A stretch of 64,000 nucleotides of DNA from an uncultured virus (IMG/VR IMGVR_UViG_3300031759_000012). Taxonomy: Duplodnaviria > Heunggongvirae > Uroviricota > Caudoviricetes. Location: the IMG/VR virus record IMGVR_UViG_3300031759_000012; one strand, 5' to 3'. The notes beneath the pieces were generated by a model. The model was not told where the DNA came from. It saw nothing but the letters and a program-made list of their open reading frames with translations, and did no database searches. Every line of letters begins with the position of its first letter. The stretch's first letter is position 1. Both the position numbers and the translations under genes were made by a program. Shown piece after piece: positions 1 to 9,752 of the stretch.

Positions 1-148
1 GCGCCCTCCCAAAGAACATAAATTGCTTCTGAACTTTTATCATTTTCAAGTAAAATGGAAATGTTACGCAATACAGAGTATTTGCAAGCGGATTCGAACA
101 AGTTTCTAATGTTAGAGCTGTAAAATGTGCGATTTAATTCATCTATCT

Positions 149-784
149 TCATGGAGTTCCGCCAAGCTTTTGTAGAATTTGAGTTAGCTGATTATTAACC
201 AGTTTGGCAGCAGCAGGTGGCACGGCAGCAGCCTGTGGAGCTTGTTGCTGAGCAGAACCAACTGCGGCCTGTTGTGTTGTATTTAAATCTTGCCCTGCAG
301 ATTCTTTTTCAAGATATTTGATAGCACCTAGCCCTAATATCTCTGCAGTAATCAACTGACCTGCTAGTTTAGCTTTGGGGTTCTGCGGATCTCCGCTTAT
401 AGGAGAATTTGGTTTACCCCACGTATTAGCAGCCGGTAAAGGCAATTTGCTTTTTGTCAAACTTGCTTTTATCTGCTGAACTGTAGTCGGATCTGATATA
501 ATTTTTTTTGCTTCTTCTGGAGTTAATTTCAGCTGGTTGGGCATTGTCATGTATTTGAATAACATGTTCCAGGTTACATCATTAAAATCTTTCTGTTGTC
601 TTCCAATGTATTGACTGAATTTTGCCAAAGCATTTTTGGCCAGACTATGTACTTCTTTTACACCATGTTTTCTAGCTTTAGCCACAGGATCTAAGACTGG
701 AAAAATTTGTTGCAAGACATCCATAATGCCTTCATCTATCATAACATGATTATTAGAATCATTCTGTGTAGTAGGATGTTGCAT
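149..784 (-). CDS. hypothetical protein, possibly virion-internal
   Basis: 211-aa ORF with Q/A/P-rich C-terminus, in a unit downstream of a TAAATA motif. Confidence 0.6.
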   Translation of the reverse strand: MQHPTTQNDSNNHVMIDEGIMDVLQQIFPVLDPVAKARKHGVKEVHSLAKNALAKFSQYIGRQQKDFNDVTWNMLFKYMTMPNQLKLTPEEAKKIISDPTTVQQIKASLTKSKLPLPAANTWGKPNSPISGDPQNPKAKLAGQLITAEILGLGAIKYLEKESAGQDLNTTQQAAVGSAQQQAPQAAAVPPAAAKLVNNQLTQILQKLGGTP

Positions 785-792
785 GCTAGGTT

Positions 793-1041
793 CTATCCTT
801 CTTTCCTTATTTCTTTAATTTTTCTGGTAAATTTTTTCGAGTCCTCACTAATTATGCTCCTATGCAATCTTTTTATCAGATCATCTGCCTGTTCTTCCGG
901 ATAACTCTCACGTATTAACCTTATTAGATTTATAGCGCTAGCAATGAGATGCGTTGCACGACTTTCAACTACTGTATGCTTGTTTTTAGCAGGCACAATA
1001 GCATCTAACTCGTCAATAAAATTTTTCAAATGATTCACCAC
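793..1041 (-). CDS. conserved small phage hypothetical protein
   Basis: 82-aa ORF with GAGGA RBS; TAAATA at 1064-1069 on the minus strand. Confidence 0.65.
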   Translation of the reverse strand: MVNHLKNFIDELDAIVPAKNKHTVVESRATHLIASAINLIRLIRESYPEEQADDLIKRLHRSIISEDSKKFTRKIKEIRKEG

Positions 1042-1105
1042 TTGATCCTCTATATTATTGGAATATTTATGTTATGTAGCATAGAAACATAAATACTATT
1101 AATTA

Positions 1106-1795
1106 TTGGAGACTTTAATGACACAATCTAGTGCAGAAGATATTCGTAAAATGTTGCAAACTATAACAGAGTATCAGTTTGCTATACAAGAAGAGGATGC
1201 ACCTGATGATAATGAAGGGCAGCCAATTGATACTATGCTGGTAACACCTAGTAAAAAGATAGACGCTGACAAACTAGCAGGGCAGTTGAAAATAGACCCT
1301 AGTAATTACAACGAATTTGTAAGTACCATTAATGCCCTGCAAGATCAAAATTCAAATCTAACGGCTGACCAAAAAGCTATTTTAGCAAACGTCTTGCAAA
1401 AGATGTCAGCTGGTTCTCAGCAACTAAACGTTAGTGAGAGTACCGACGATGTTACTGAAGAGCCTGCTTCGATTGACGATGTGTTGAAATCTATTAAAAC
1501 TGCAAGCGAATCTAGTCCTGTCTCCAAACTGCAGGCAACAACTTTGGCCAATCTATTATTAGCTGGAATCAAAAATCGCTCATATCATGGAGGTATGGAC
1601 AAGGTTTTTAAAGGTATACAAACAGCCTTACAACAGGCACAAGATGGCAATGAAAGCGACGCATTACATGAAATCGCTTCCATTGTTAATCATGTCGAGG
1701 GCGACAAGGAAGCATTTGATCAAGATGTATTTCCTAAGATTGTTGTGTCGTTGCTTCTATTAGTTGGTGACTTAAGCCAACACACAGAAAAATAA
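1106..1795 (+). CDS. hypothetical acidic protein, possibly a head-internal protein
   Basis: 229-aa ORF; TAAATA at 1090-1095; GGAG RBS before ATG 1118. Confidence 0.6.
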   Translation: METLMTQSSAEDIRKMLQTITEYQFAIQEEDAPDDNEGQPIDTMLVTPSKKIDADKLAGQLKIDPSNYNEFVSTINALQDQNSNLTADQKAILANVLQKMSAGSQQLNVSESTDDVTEEPASIDDVLKSIKTASESSPVSKLQATTLANLLLAGIKNRSYHGGMDKVFKGIQTALQQAQDGNESDALHEIASIVNHVEGDKEAFDQDVFPKIVVSLLLLVGDLSQHTEK

Positions 1796-1797
1796 TT

Positions 1798-2304
1798 TTA
1801 TCTTCTAACTAAAGCAGTTAATGCACTTAGATCTTTTATTGCTTGTCCTGGCGACGGCAATGCTTTTTGTTCATCTTTTTTTGCAAGAGCTGCATTTTTT
1901 CGTTTAATATCTGCAAATTGGTCAGCTGTGCTATTACCAACTGGCATTTGATTATCTTCATCTTGATCGAATATTCTCAAAGTGTTCGGATCAAATCCGA
2001 GATTAACTTTGCTCCCTACACCACTAGAAGATCTTGTTTTCAAAAATTGTACTTGATATTGACCGCGCTCTTTCATTGCAGTAGATGCAAAAATTGAAAT
2101 CACATTATCAGCTGTTTGAATTTTACTAATACCACCTGAAATATGACTGTGATCATGCTCTTGTTCTTGCACTGATGAATTATGTGTTAGTATACCATTT
2201 GTATAAAATAGTTTATTTCCGGTTACATTTATATCAATGGTTTCATCAACACCGATATATTCTATAGATTCTATTTCATCTTCGATTTCAAAAAGTTGAT
2301 ACAT
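1798..2304 (-). CDS. gp41: replicative helicase gp41/DnaB, C-terminal fragment preceded by a 42-aa split-intein C-part
   Basis: IntC MYQLF...IDINVTGNKLFYTNGILTHN (2304-2179), then +1 Ser and the DnaB C-terminal motifs HISGGISKIQTADNVI and QFLKTRSS. Confidence 0.92.
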   Translation of the reverse strand: MYQLFEIEDEIESIEYIGVDETIDINVTGNKLFYTNGILTHNSSVQEQEHDHSHISGGISKIQTADNVISIFASTAMKERGQYQVQFLKTRSSSGVGSKVNLGFDPNTLRIFDQDEDNQMPVGNSTADQFADIKRKNAALAKKDEQKALPSPGQAIKDLSALTALVRR

Positions 2305-3395
2305 TTGTTTATAATCTCTTCCTTGTTATTAGTATAATCATTTTCCCATATTTCTAGCAAATCATAACCTCGTTCGGTGTAATAATCTTTTCTCAATTCA
2401 TCTTTTTTCCATATATAAGCAGATGACCAAGTTTTTTTAAATGGATGAGGGAATTCGTTCTCGGTAAACATTTGTGGGTTGGCATGAAATAAATTTCCTT
2501 GGAATTCTATTATTTTACCTTTATAAAACAAATCTGGCAAAATGCATTTTTGTTCCATAGATTCTGACCATTGTTTTGGTAAATTCCATACCATTTCATT
2601 TTCGCCATAAAAGTACAAATCATCAATAGATTCTTTTATATAATTTATACATTCTAATGACCATTTACTTACAGTGTGCTTGTTGGCAGTTTTTAATAAA
2701 AAAGATTGGTATCTTCTTGTACCTTCTTCAATACCATATTTGTCAATGAAAAAAGTTAAATTTCTAGATTTGCATAATTTTAACAATTCAATTCCAAGAA
2801 CTTCTCCATAAGTGTCTATGTAGTATTCTCTGCTTACCTTGTAAGCCTGTTTATCTTTTTTATCTTTCCATATTTGGTAACCTTTTTCATAACCATACTT
2901 ATCAATGAACCAATTTAAATTTCGTCTGGCATAAGTTCCTCGTTTTGATTTAAAACTTTTATTTCGTTTTTCCAAGTATTGGTTCCATTTTATTATACCA
3001 TCTATTTCACCATACCGTTCTTTATATATCTCAAGGGATGCGCCATTAAGTCTCAATTTTTTTAATGCCTCATCTTCTCCATATTTTTCAATGTAATATT
3101 CTTTTGTTCTTGAGCATAATTTATTTTTATTTTCCCACATAGTTGTCCCGGCTTGTTTGCCATATCTAACTATATGGGATTCTAATGAACTACTGTCATT
3201 GTTAAGCAATTTTATTTGCTCCCAATTGTCTGCTAAAATTTGAAAATCTAATCCAAGTTCATAATATTTTTTTATAAATCTGCACAACTTTTTATACGAC
3301 TTTTTATCGCAATCTATGTTTTTTAAAATATCAATTTGCTGAGTTGTTAAATTGAATTGTTTTATAAATCTGCTCTCCGCTATCATCTGTGTCAT
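2271..3395 (-). CDS. free-standing homing endonuclease, Vsr/DUF559-like, between the gp41 intein halves
   Basis: C-terminal PDLFYKGKIIEFQGNLFHANP...D..R....GY.LLEIWE nuclease motif; repeated KYGxEEG-like units. Confidence 0.8.
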   Translation of the reverse strand: MTQMIAESRFIKQFNLTTQQIDILKNIDCDKKSYKKLCRFIKKYYELGLDFQILADNWEQIKLLNNDSSSLESHIVRYGKQAGTTMWENKNKLCSRTKEYYIEKYGEDEALKKLRLNGASLEIYKERYGEIDGIIKWNQYLEKRNKSFKSKRGTYARRNLNWFIDKYGYEKGYQIWKDKKDKQAYKVSREYYIDTYGEVLGIELLKLCKSRNLTFFIDKYGIEEGTRRYQSFLLKTANKHTVSKWSLECINYIKESIDDLYFYGENEMVWNLPKQWSESMEQKCILPDLFYKGKIIEFQGNLFHANPQMFTENEFPHPFKKTWSSAYIWKKDELRKDYYTERGYDLLEIWENDYTNNKEEIINKCINFLKSKMK

Positions 3396-4710
3396 TTGAG
3401 TTCTCCTGAGTTGCAGTTGTATTTATCATAGAGAACATCATATCACTAACTTTTAATCCATCTTCTAACGATTTTAATCCATCTTTTGTTGGAAATGTAT
3501 GTTTAGCACTACATGTTACAGTTTTTCCAGATTTCGTTGTTATTTTAAATAGAGGTTGTTTTATGATTGGTGTTTTTTCTATAACTTGAACTGGACCTTC
3601 ATTTGAATCCAACCAATCGCCAACATTAACATCTTTAATTTTAATGCTATTACCGTTTGATATTACAGTTGTATCAAGAGAAAGGCAACGATTCAACTGT
3701 GCAGCAGTTTGGCCAATCATTTGTCTATCGACCAATAGTCCACGTAGTTCTTCGGTGACAAATTTGTCTTTCACGAACAAATTGCTTGGATCTATTCTCT
3801 TGTTATTTGGAAATAACAAATCTAGATAGTCAACCACTAAAACATCTGGTCGTTTTTGACGTTCAATTTCATAGGTTTTTAGATAGGCTTTGATATCATT
3901 GCATGTGCTACCTTGTGGAAGTTGTTTAACATGCAAGTCACCACTTTTACGTCCAGCTTGTTTTACTTTTATTTCTACTTCATCTATTTTTCGAAAAATT
4001 TCTTTAGTTGAAATTTCACTCAACATGCTATCCATACGCATAGCACACAACTCTTCACTAAGCTCTAGTGTGATATAAACAACATTTAAACCTTTAAGTG
4101 CAAAATTAATAGCAATATTTTGTAAAAACAGGGATTTTCCAACACCAGAACCTGCACACCAAATAGTTATCTCACCTCTATTAACACCGCCGTATAGTTT
4201 ATCATCAACTGCTTTCCATCCTGTACTAACCTGCCCATTGCTATGGCGTATACGTTCTAAACGAGCTTTTGGATCTTCAAAGTAATTTGTACCAATGTCG
4301 TTGGTCAAGCTGATTAGGATAGCTTCTCTAACACGCTTCTCTACTTCGCCATAATTACCTTTTTCAATCAAGTCAACTGCAGATAAAACTGCATTAGCCA
4401 AGGCTCTATTTTTACAAAATTCTTCAATTTCATCTAAAAATGCATCTTGATGCTGAACTGTGATGTTCTCAATTTTTTGAAAATTTAATCCAGTCTCAGC
4501 ATTTACCTGCTCTATTTTCGGCAGTACATTGTATTTTTCAGACTGCTTCAAAATATAACGTATAGCTGGCCGAAATTTATTTACAAAATAGTTTGCATCG
4601 AGAATATTTTGGCAACGAGCATAAATTTCGTCACTGCTTAGTAGCACGTCGATTAGAAGTTTTTGTTTTTCTTCGCTGTAATCTCTTGTTTCTTCTGGCT
4701 CTTTTGCCAT
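3331..4710 (-). CDS. gp41: replicative helicase gp41/DnaB, N-terminal fragment ending in a split-intein N-part
   Basis: Walker A AGSGVGKS, VVDYLDL, AAQLNR followed by intein block A CLSLDTTV (Cys at 3687) and block B TCSAKHTF. Confidence 0.93.
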   Translation of the reverse strand: MAKEPEETRDYSEEKQKLLIDVLLSSDEIYARCQNILDANYFVNKFRPAIRYILKQSEKYNVLPKIEQVNAETGLNFQKIENITVQHQDAFLDEIEEFCKNRALANAVLSAVDLIEKGNYGEVEKRVREAILISLTNDIGTNYFEDPKARLERIRHSNGQVSTGWKAVDDKLYGGVNRGEITIWCAGSGVGKSLFLQNIAINFALKGLNVVYITLELSEELCAMRMDSMLSEISTKEIFRKIDEVEIKVKQAGRKSGDLHVKQLPQGSTCNDIKAYLKTYEIERQKRPDVLVVDYLDLLFPNNKRIDPSNLFVKDKFVTEELRGLLVDRQMIGQTAAQLNRCLSLDTTVISNGNSIKIKDVNVGDWLDSNEGPVQVIEKTPIIKQPLFKITTKSGKTVTCSAKHTFPTKDGLKSLEDGLKVSDMMFSMINTTATQENSNDTDDSGEQIYKTIQFNNSAN

Positions 4711-4711
4711 T

Positions 4712-5737
4712 TTATGACCTCAACATTTGTCTTTTTACACCAATTTCTAGTGTGCTAGATGTTCTAGAAGCAATAACACTAGCTATTGTATATAATCTAC
4801 CGTACTGTTTACTAGCATCTGCACAGTCTTTTATACCTTCATTCCATTCTGGAAATGAAACTGACCATTTGTTAGCTATAGCCGCATCAATTAAATCTTG
4901 GTTCTTAAGTTGTCTATCTGGAATTACAATTTTTTCTTTATCAATACTGTTTAGCCATTGTATTTGCTGTTTGTTTAGTGTACTACCTAACGGTGATATT
5001 CCATCTATTGCTATGGCATCAAATGGTCCTTCTACTATCATTACATACTTTCTATGATAAAGATTGAGCACTCTGTTATTAAACAAATAACCAGTAGGAA
5101 TGTCACTGTTGTAATACTTTGGAATATGTTTAGGAGGTGTGCCTGCATATCTACAGGTATATCCTACGACCTTATTGTTATGATAAAACGGAATAATTAG
5201 GCGTTTATTAAGATTTGATTCTTTTATAGGCGACCAATAGTAAGTCCATCCATCTTTAATTGCTCTGCCTCTACTAGACAAATAGTCTAAACAACTTTGA
5301 AAATCTGTAGATGTATTTTGACTTTGGGACCAAAAATTTATTGGCTGCGACTGTTCGGGTAATTGGCATTCCGGAAAATGGTCAGCATGAAACTGAATAT
5401 GCTCATTTGTTTCTTCTATTTCCCCGCTTAATTTTTTACTTAATATTTCTAGTTTTGCTTGTTGTATTTTGTTTGCAGGAACACCTAGATATCTGAGCCA
5501 ATTTTCAAAATTGTGGCCTAAATCACCGCCTTTATATGCGGTTTTAAACCCGCAATTATAGCAGTTTACAATAATACCACCGTCGCCGGTTATCAATAAA
5601 TTGCCTCTGCCTCTAGTATCTTGATTATGACCCCTATGATGACAACATACTGAGTTGAAGACAATCCACCCCTTTGCATTTTGCTTGCGTTTAGGTGGCA
5701 AGTAATCAAGCACAATCTCATGAATAAGTGAGGTCAT
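4712..5737 (-). CDS. gp61: DNA primase, gp61-like
   Basis: N-terminal Zn-binding Cys motifs (VCC...CYNCG); TOPRIM VEGPFDA; position next to the helicase. Confidence 0.85.
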   Translation of the reverse strand: MTSLIHEIVLDYLPPKRKQNAKGWIVFNSVCCHHRGHNQDTRGRGNLLITGDGGIIVNCYNCGFKTAYKGGDLGHNFENWLRYLGVPANKIQQAKLEILSKKLSGEIEETNEHIQFHADHFPECQLPEQSQPINFWSQSQNTSTDFQSCLDYLSSRGRAIKDGWTYYWSPIKESNLNKRLIIPFYHNNKVVGYTCRYAGTPPKHIPKYYNSDIPTGYLFNNRVLNLYHRKYVMIVEGPFDAIAIDGISPLGSTLNKQQIQWLNSIDKEKIVIPDRQLKNQDLIDAAIANKWSVSFPEWNEGIKDCADASKQYGRLYTIASVIASRTSSTLEIGVKRQMLRS

Positions 5738-5774
5738 GTTTGTAGTTTAAACTCGTATTTTGAGTGTCACAATA

Positions 5775-6935
5775 TCAGTTTTTATACAGTATACCTGCAA
5801 AATATCCGTGATTACAGTTTATAACTGGCAATCCAGCCTGTGTCGTTGGATACGGCAAGGGTGCAGGAGGTGGAGGATAAGGACCAGGAGGTGGAGGATA
5901 GGGCGCTGGCGGATATGGTGGAGGAGGCACACATGGCGGCGGCGGCCACGAAGGTGGATTAGGGCCGCACGGCCATGGTCCTGATGGCGGATTGAAAGTT
6001 CTATTATTGGCACTTGAACATACAAAAGGTGCAGGACCGCATGAAAACTTATTGAAAAGTAGTGGATTGTTTTTACCTGCGTAATACTGATTGCATGTTG
6101 CACATTGGTAATAATAAGGGTTTTCAAAAACAAATCTTACCCAATAGTAATTTCCAGAAAAATTAAAAACCTTAATAGTAGGACTATTGTAAGGAGGGCT
6201 ATATTGAAAATAATCTGTTCCGTTGCCTATGGGTATATTAGACCAATCAAGTGATGACGGAGCATTTAGAGTAAGACTAACCTGTATCCAAAATTTTCCA
6301 GCATAGTTATTGCCGGTGTATGCTACCACTGTATGCATACCATTGCTTCGTTCTGCTTGTGCATCTCCTTGTACCGCACCAGAGGCAAAAATATATTGAT
6401 TTGTAAGGTCATCTACAGTTTCTGGAGTAAATTGGTACGCTGGTATATTAATAGCAGGAACTAGAGAGGTGCTCATACCTTCCACTAGTTCAAATGTTCC
6501 ATAGGTGCTTCTATTAAGATCAGTATACAAAAATTCTTGTCGTCCTGTTACATCAGTTAATCTTATGGTATATCTGTAGAATCCTGCTAGCCAATGCCCT
6601 ATTTCAAGATCAGTCAAAGTAAGTCTACAAGTGCCCGCAGTGTCTTGCAAAGTTTGCACAGGTTGAATTAACAAAAGTTCAGCTAATGGACTGTTGCCAT
6701 TTCCTGGAGTTGTTGTTACAGTCTCAACACGTTGGATTAATGCGTCAATTTGATATGCTGACAAATTTATAGGTTTACGGTCGTTGTTTCTCACAACAAA
6801 ATCTATTGTATTAGTAGCACCTTTATATACTTTTGTGTTATATTGTATCATAGGTCCATTTATGTTAGGTGCGTTGCCTCCAGTTGACCACAATTGTACA
6901 TATTCGCGAAATCTAAATAAAACTTGATCAACCAT
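5775..6935 (-). CDS. putative virion structural protein with a Cys/Pro-rich insertion
   Basis: beta-rich N-terminal region (KVYKGATNTIDFVVRNNDRKP); poly-Pro segment near the C-terminus; TAAATA at 6959-6964. Confidence 0.6.
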   Translation of the reverse strand: MVDQVLFRFREYVQLWSTGGNAPNINGPMIQYNTKVYKGATNTIDFVVRNNDRKPINLSAYQIDALIQRVETVTTTPGNGNSPLAELLLIQPVQTLQDTAGTCRLTLTDLEIGHWLAGFYRYTIRLTDVTGRQEFLYTDLNRSTYGTFELVEGMSTSLVPAINIPAYQFTPETVDDLTNQYIFASGAVQGDAQAERSNGMHTVVAYTGNNYAGKFWIQVSLTLNAPSSLDWSNIPIGNGTDYFQYSPPYNSPTIKVFNFSGNYYWVRFVFENPYYYQCATCNQYYAGKNNPLLFNKFSCGPAPFVCSSANNRTFNPPSGPWPCGPNPPSWPPPPCVPPPPYPPAPYPPPPGPYPPPPAPLPYPTTQAGLPVINCNHGYFAGILYKN

Positions 6936-7021
6936 GCACCTTAATCCACCTTTCCCAATATTTATGAAAATTTTACAAACCTAAAATTTGGACATAAATA
7001 AGAGCTAGAGAATTTATAGAA

Positions 7022-7393
7022 ATGACACCAGAAACACACAAATTATTACAGGAAAAATTTCCTTTCCTTACAATCATTAGCTATCTGAATACCGAGTATA
7101 TTGGTATTATGCAAAATGCCGATACGCAGTTTGTCAGCATTTACGTATTAGATCCAAGTTTTACAAATGAAAAAAAGCGAGCGTTTTTGTTATGCGGCGA
7201 AACTTGGTGGTGGGAAAGCAACAGAAGTATTCCTATAAATCTGTTTCTTGGAGAAAGATTTAAGGTCTTCAAACCTAGTCTGAAGACCTTTGCTAGAAAA
7301 GAGGTTACTATTGTAGAAGGCCCAACAATTAATCTAATGGACCTTATGAATAAGAAATTTAAAAGAAGAACTATTCAGCTGGTCAAAAATTAA
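7022..7393 (+). CDS. conserved phage hypothetical protein
   Basis: 123-aa ORF with a WWWESNRSIPINLFL motif; TAAATA at 6995-7000. Confidence 0.7.
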   Translation: MTPETHKLLQEKFPFLTIISYLNTEYIGIMQNADTQFVSIYVLDPSFTNEKKRAFLLCGETWWWESNRSIPINLFLGERFKVFKPSLKTFARKEVTIVEGPTINLMDLMNKKFKRRTIQLVKN

Positions 7394-7869
7394 GACCCGC
7401 TTATACTAGACACTTGAACTGTAACCGTTACACTTCCGTCTTTGTTTATCGTTGGCTTTACTGGTTGTTTCTTCTTCTCTTCTTGATATTCAGCTTCTTT
7501 AGCATCGTCCCATTTTTGCCACTGTTCAACATTTGACCAAGCGAAAATTGCAGCGTCGTCTTTGTTTTCAAATGTAGCATATCCGATTACAGTATCAGGC
7601 GTATCCTTCTTACGTTCAAGAATAGCCCTAATCGAAAATGTTCCTTCAAGGCTGTACAGAGTTTTTAGCATTTGTTCCCAATCCTCTGTTTGAATATTAG
7701 GGCTACGAAAAACAAATCCTGATGGCAACGAATCTACTAAATTTGCAAGCGGATTGTTTTCCAAATTTTCCGCAAGACACTCATGATATTTTTTATTCGC
7801 GGATTGCAAAAATACATTTGTTCCTAGAGAATTGGTGTTAGCCACTAAGTTTAAATCAATGGTTGGCAT
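7390..7869 (-). CDS. hypothetical protein
   Basis: 159-aa ORF, AAGGA RBS, upstream TTGACA-17-TACTAT. Confidence 0.6.
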   Translation of the reverse strand: MPTIDLNLVANTNSLGTNVFLQSANKKYHECLAENLENNPLANLVDSLPSGFVFRSPNIQTEDWEQMLKTLYSLEGTFSIRAILERKKDTPDTVIGYATFENKDDAAIFAWSNVEQWQKWDDAKEAEYQEEKKKQPVKPTINKDGSVTVTVQVSSISGS

Positions 7870-7904
7870 TACTCGTTCCTTTCTATACTATAATAGTAGC
7901 ATAC

Positions 7905-8513
7905 CTATGAAACACTGTCAACGTCTTGCGACAATTGTTCTACTATTAGATTGGCATGAACTTTCACAAGCATAGCATATGAAATAGCATGTGCATGTTT
8001 GAAACTATACCCTTCCGAATTGTCAGTCCAAATTTCATCTAAAACGCTATCGAAGCCATTCTTTATACACTTGTCTATTAGATGTTTTTTACCAGGTCGA
8101 ATAAGGGCAAGTATTATAGCAACATGTTCAACATTAGATGGCTTCAGTCTGGAAACCAAATCTGCATGGTTGCCTAAATGAATTAATTTAGAAACAAATT
8201 CTTTGTAGGTAAACAGCGTCCATTCAACTGGTTTTTCCATAAGCTCTAGTAAGTGTTGTTCGTTTTTAATCCCTTCATAAACACTTACATTTAAAAGGTC
8301 GAGTTTATACCAACCTCGATCAGCAGCAATATCGTATGGTAATGATGCAAGTTTGGTAATAGGGTCTATAGGAACTGTATGAAAATATACACCTGTATTG
8401 TGTTTGATTAGTGAGTTATTACGTATGATTGATGCAGGAGTATGATTTAATACAGAAAGAGCTAAATTTCTATCAGCAAAATCAATGTCAACATCTCCGA
8501 TAATTAATGACAT
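7905..8513 (-). CDS. miniature DNA polymerase III alpha (DnaE)-like protein
   Basis: family-C motifs in order: GDVDIDF, KHNTGVYF, YKLDLLNV, LALIRPG, YSFKHAHAISYA; only about 202 aa. Confidence 0.8.
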   Translation of the reverse strand: MSLIIGDVDIDFADRNLALSVLNHTPASIIRNNSLIKHNTGVYFHTVPIDPITKLASLPYDIAADRGWYKLDLLNVSVYEGIKNEQHLLELMEKPVEWTLFTYKEFVSKLIHLGNHADLVSRLKPSNVEHVAIILALIRPGKKHLIDKCIKNGFDSVLDEIWTDNSEGYSFKHAHAISYAMLVKVHANLIVEQLSQDVDSVS

Positions 8514-8752
8514 ATAATATATCCACTCCATGTGAGTTGAAATTCAACAGATTGGTTTTCTTCAATGTCCAGATAAAGTAATAGATAAAAATCGCGCTCG
8601 TGTATAGAATATTGTATATCTCTTTCTGTTAACCAAAGAAAAAGAGGTGAGTCTGGATTGAGAACAGGTATTGAGAAAGTATTAGATTTATTATCTAACT
8701 GATATGCTAAGCAACTTTGCTTATTGTCCCAGTTGATTTTATAAAGTTTCAT
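8504..8752 (-). CDS. hypothetical protein
   Basis: 82-aa ORF coupled (ATGA) to the upstream gene. Confidence 0.55.
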   Translation of the reverse strand: MKLYKINWDNKQSCLAYQLDNKSNTFSIPVLNPDSPLFLWLTERDIQYSIHERDFYLLLYLDIEENQSVEFQLTWSGYIICH

Positions 8753-9048
8753 TTTTCGTAACTGACCTTGTTATCAAGCTCGCCTGTTATCTCTCTAATA
8801 CGCCGTTCTTGCATAAATTGTTTACTTTTCAGAGAATGTAATTCAGTCTCTAAACGCTGTATATGAGATTGTAATCTTTTTAACGTAGATTCCATGTTTA
8901 TCACAACAGATGGATCAATAACCGCAACTTTTTTCCCTTGCATTTCAATTTCTGTTATGGCGCCGCGGACTCCTAGAAAGTTAACCGGTAAAGGGCTTTC
9001 GTTGCTAGCAGTATTTTCATCTGTTGTATTATACATGTCGTCAGTCAT
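8749..9048 (-). CDS. hypothetical coiled-coil protein
   Basis: 99-aa ORF in an operon, heptad-like C-terminus. Confidence 0.6.
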   Translation of the reverse strand: MTDDMYNTTDENTASNESPLPVNFLGVRGAITEIEMQGKKVAVIDPSVVINMESTLKRLQSHIQRLETELHSLKSKQFMQERRIREITGELDNKVSYEK

Positions 9049-9752
9049 TATATGCCGCTTTCTCTAAGTGTGTTTCTAATAAATGTGCATGTTTCTCTGT
9101 TTTTAGAAAATTTTATTTTCCATGGCCCAGGGGGTGCACAATCTTTTATTATACTTAGTTGTTCAGGAGAACATCTTTCTAAAAAATCAACAGAACTGTC
9201 AGCATTATATAATACCCATGGGCTAATTCTACCGCTTTTAATCCATAATGTACCTTGATTAGGGTTGACCATTCTAAAAAAATCGAACCAATTTTCCCCT
9301 GTAGACATGCTCCATTCGTTCATTAAAAGTATATTACGTTCCAGTGCATCTTCACCGGTTTCTTGTCTTGTAAGTTCTCTAACGTATTGTTCATATATGT
9401 AATCTTGCGTCCATCGATCAATAGGAATGGTATTTTTAATTACATAATCTATAAACTTTTTTGGATTGATAGCATTTATGTCTCGAATATGTTTTCCAAA
9501 TTTGACAAATGATTCATAATATCTACTATCAATAAAATTTTTGTAACTATTTTTCCATTGTTCAGTTTTGTTGTAACTGTTAAGTTGATAAAACCTATTC
9601 CATGCTAAAAATCCAAACCTGTTTTCTGGTTCGTTTTGTCTAAACCATCTTTGTTTTTTCTTGCACGTATGATTGATAAAACTTTTGTGCTGTACAAATT
9701 TTTTATTGCAGAATTCGCACACCAAGTCTTCTTTTATTTCTCTTTCGACCAT
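9048..9752 (-). CDS. conserved phage protein with an N-terminal Zn finger
   Basis: CEFC...H.C motif; 234 aa in the replication operon. Confidence 0.65.
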   Translation of the reverse strand: MVEREIKEDLVCEFCNKKFVQHKSFINHTCKKKQRWFRQNEPENRFGFLAWNRFYQLNSYNKTEQWKNSYKNFIDSRYYESFVKFGKHIRDINAINPKKFIDYVIKNTIPIDRWTQDYIYEQYVRELTRQETGEDALERNILLMNEWSMSTGENWFDFFRMVNPNQGTLWIKSGRISPWVLYNADSSVDFLERCSPEQLSIIKDCAPPGPWKIKFSKNRETCTFIRNTLRESGI

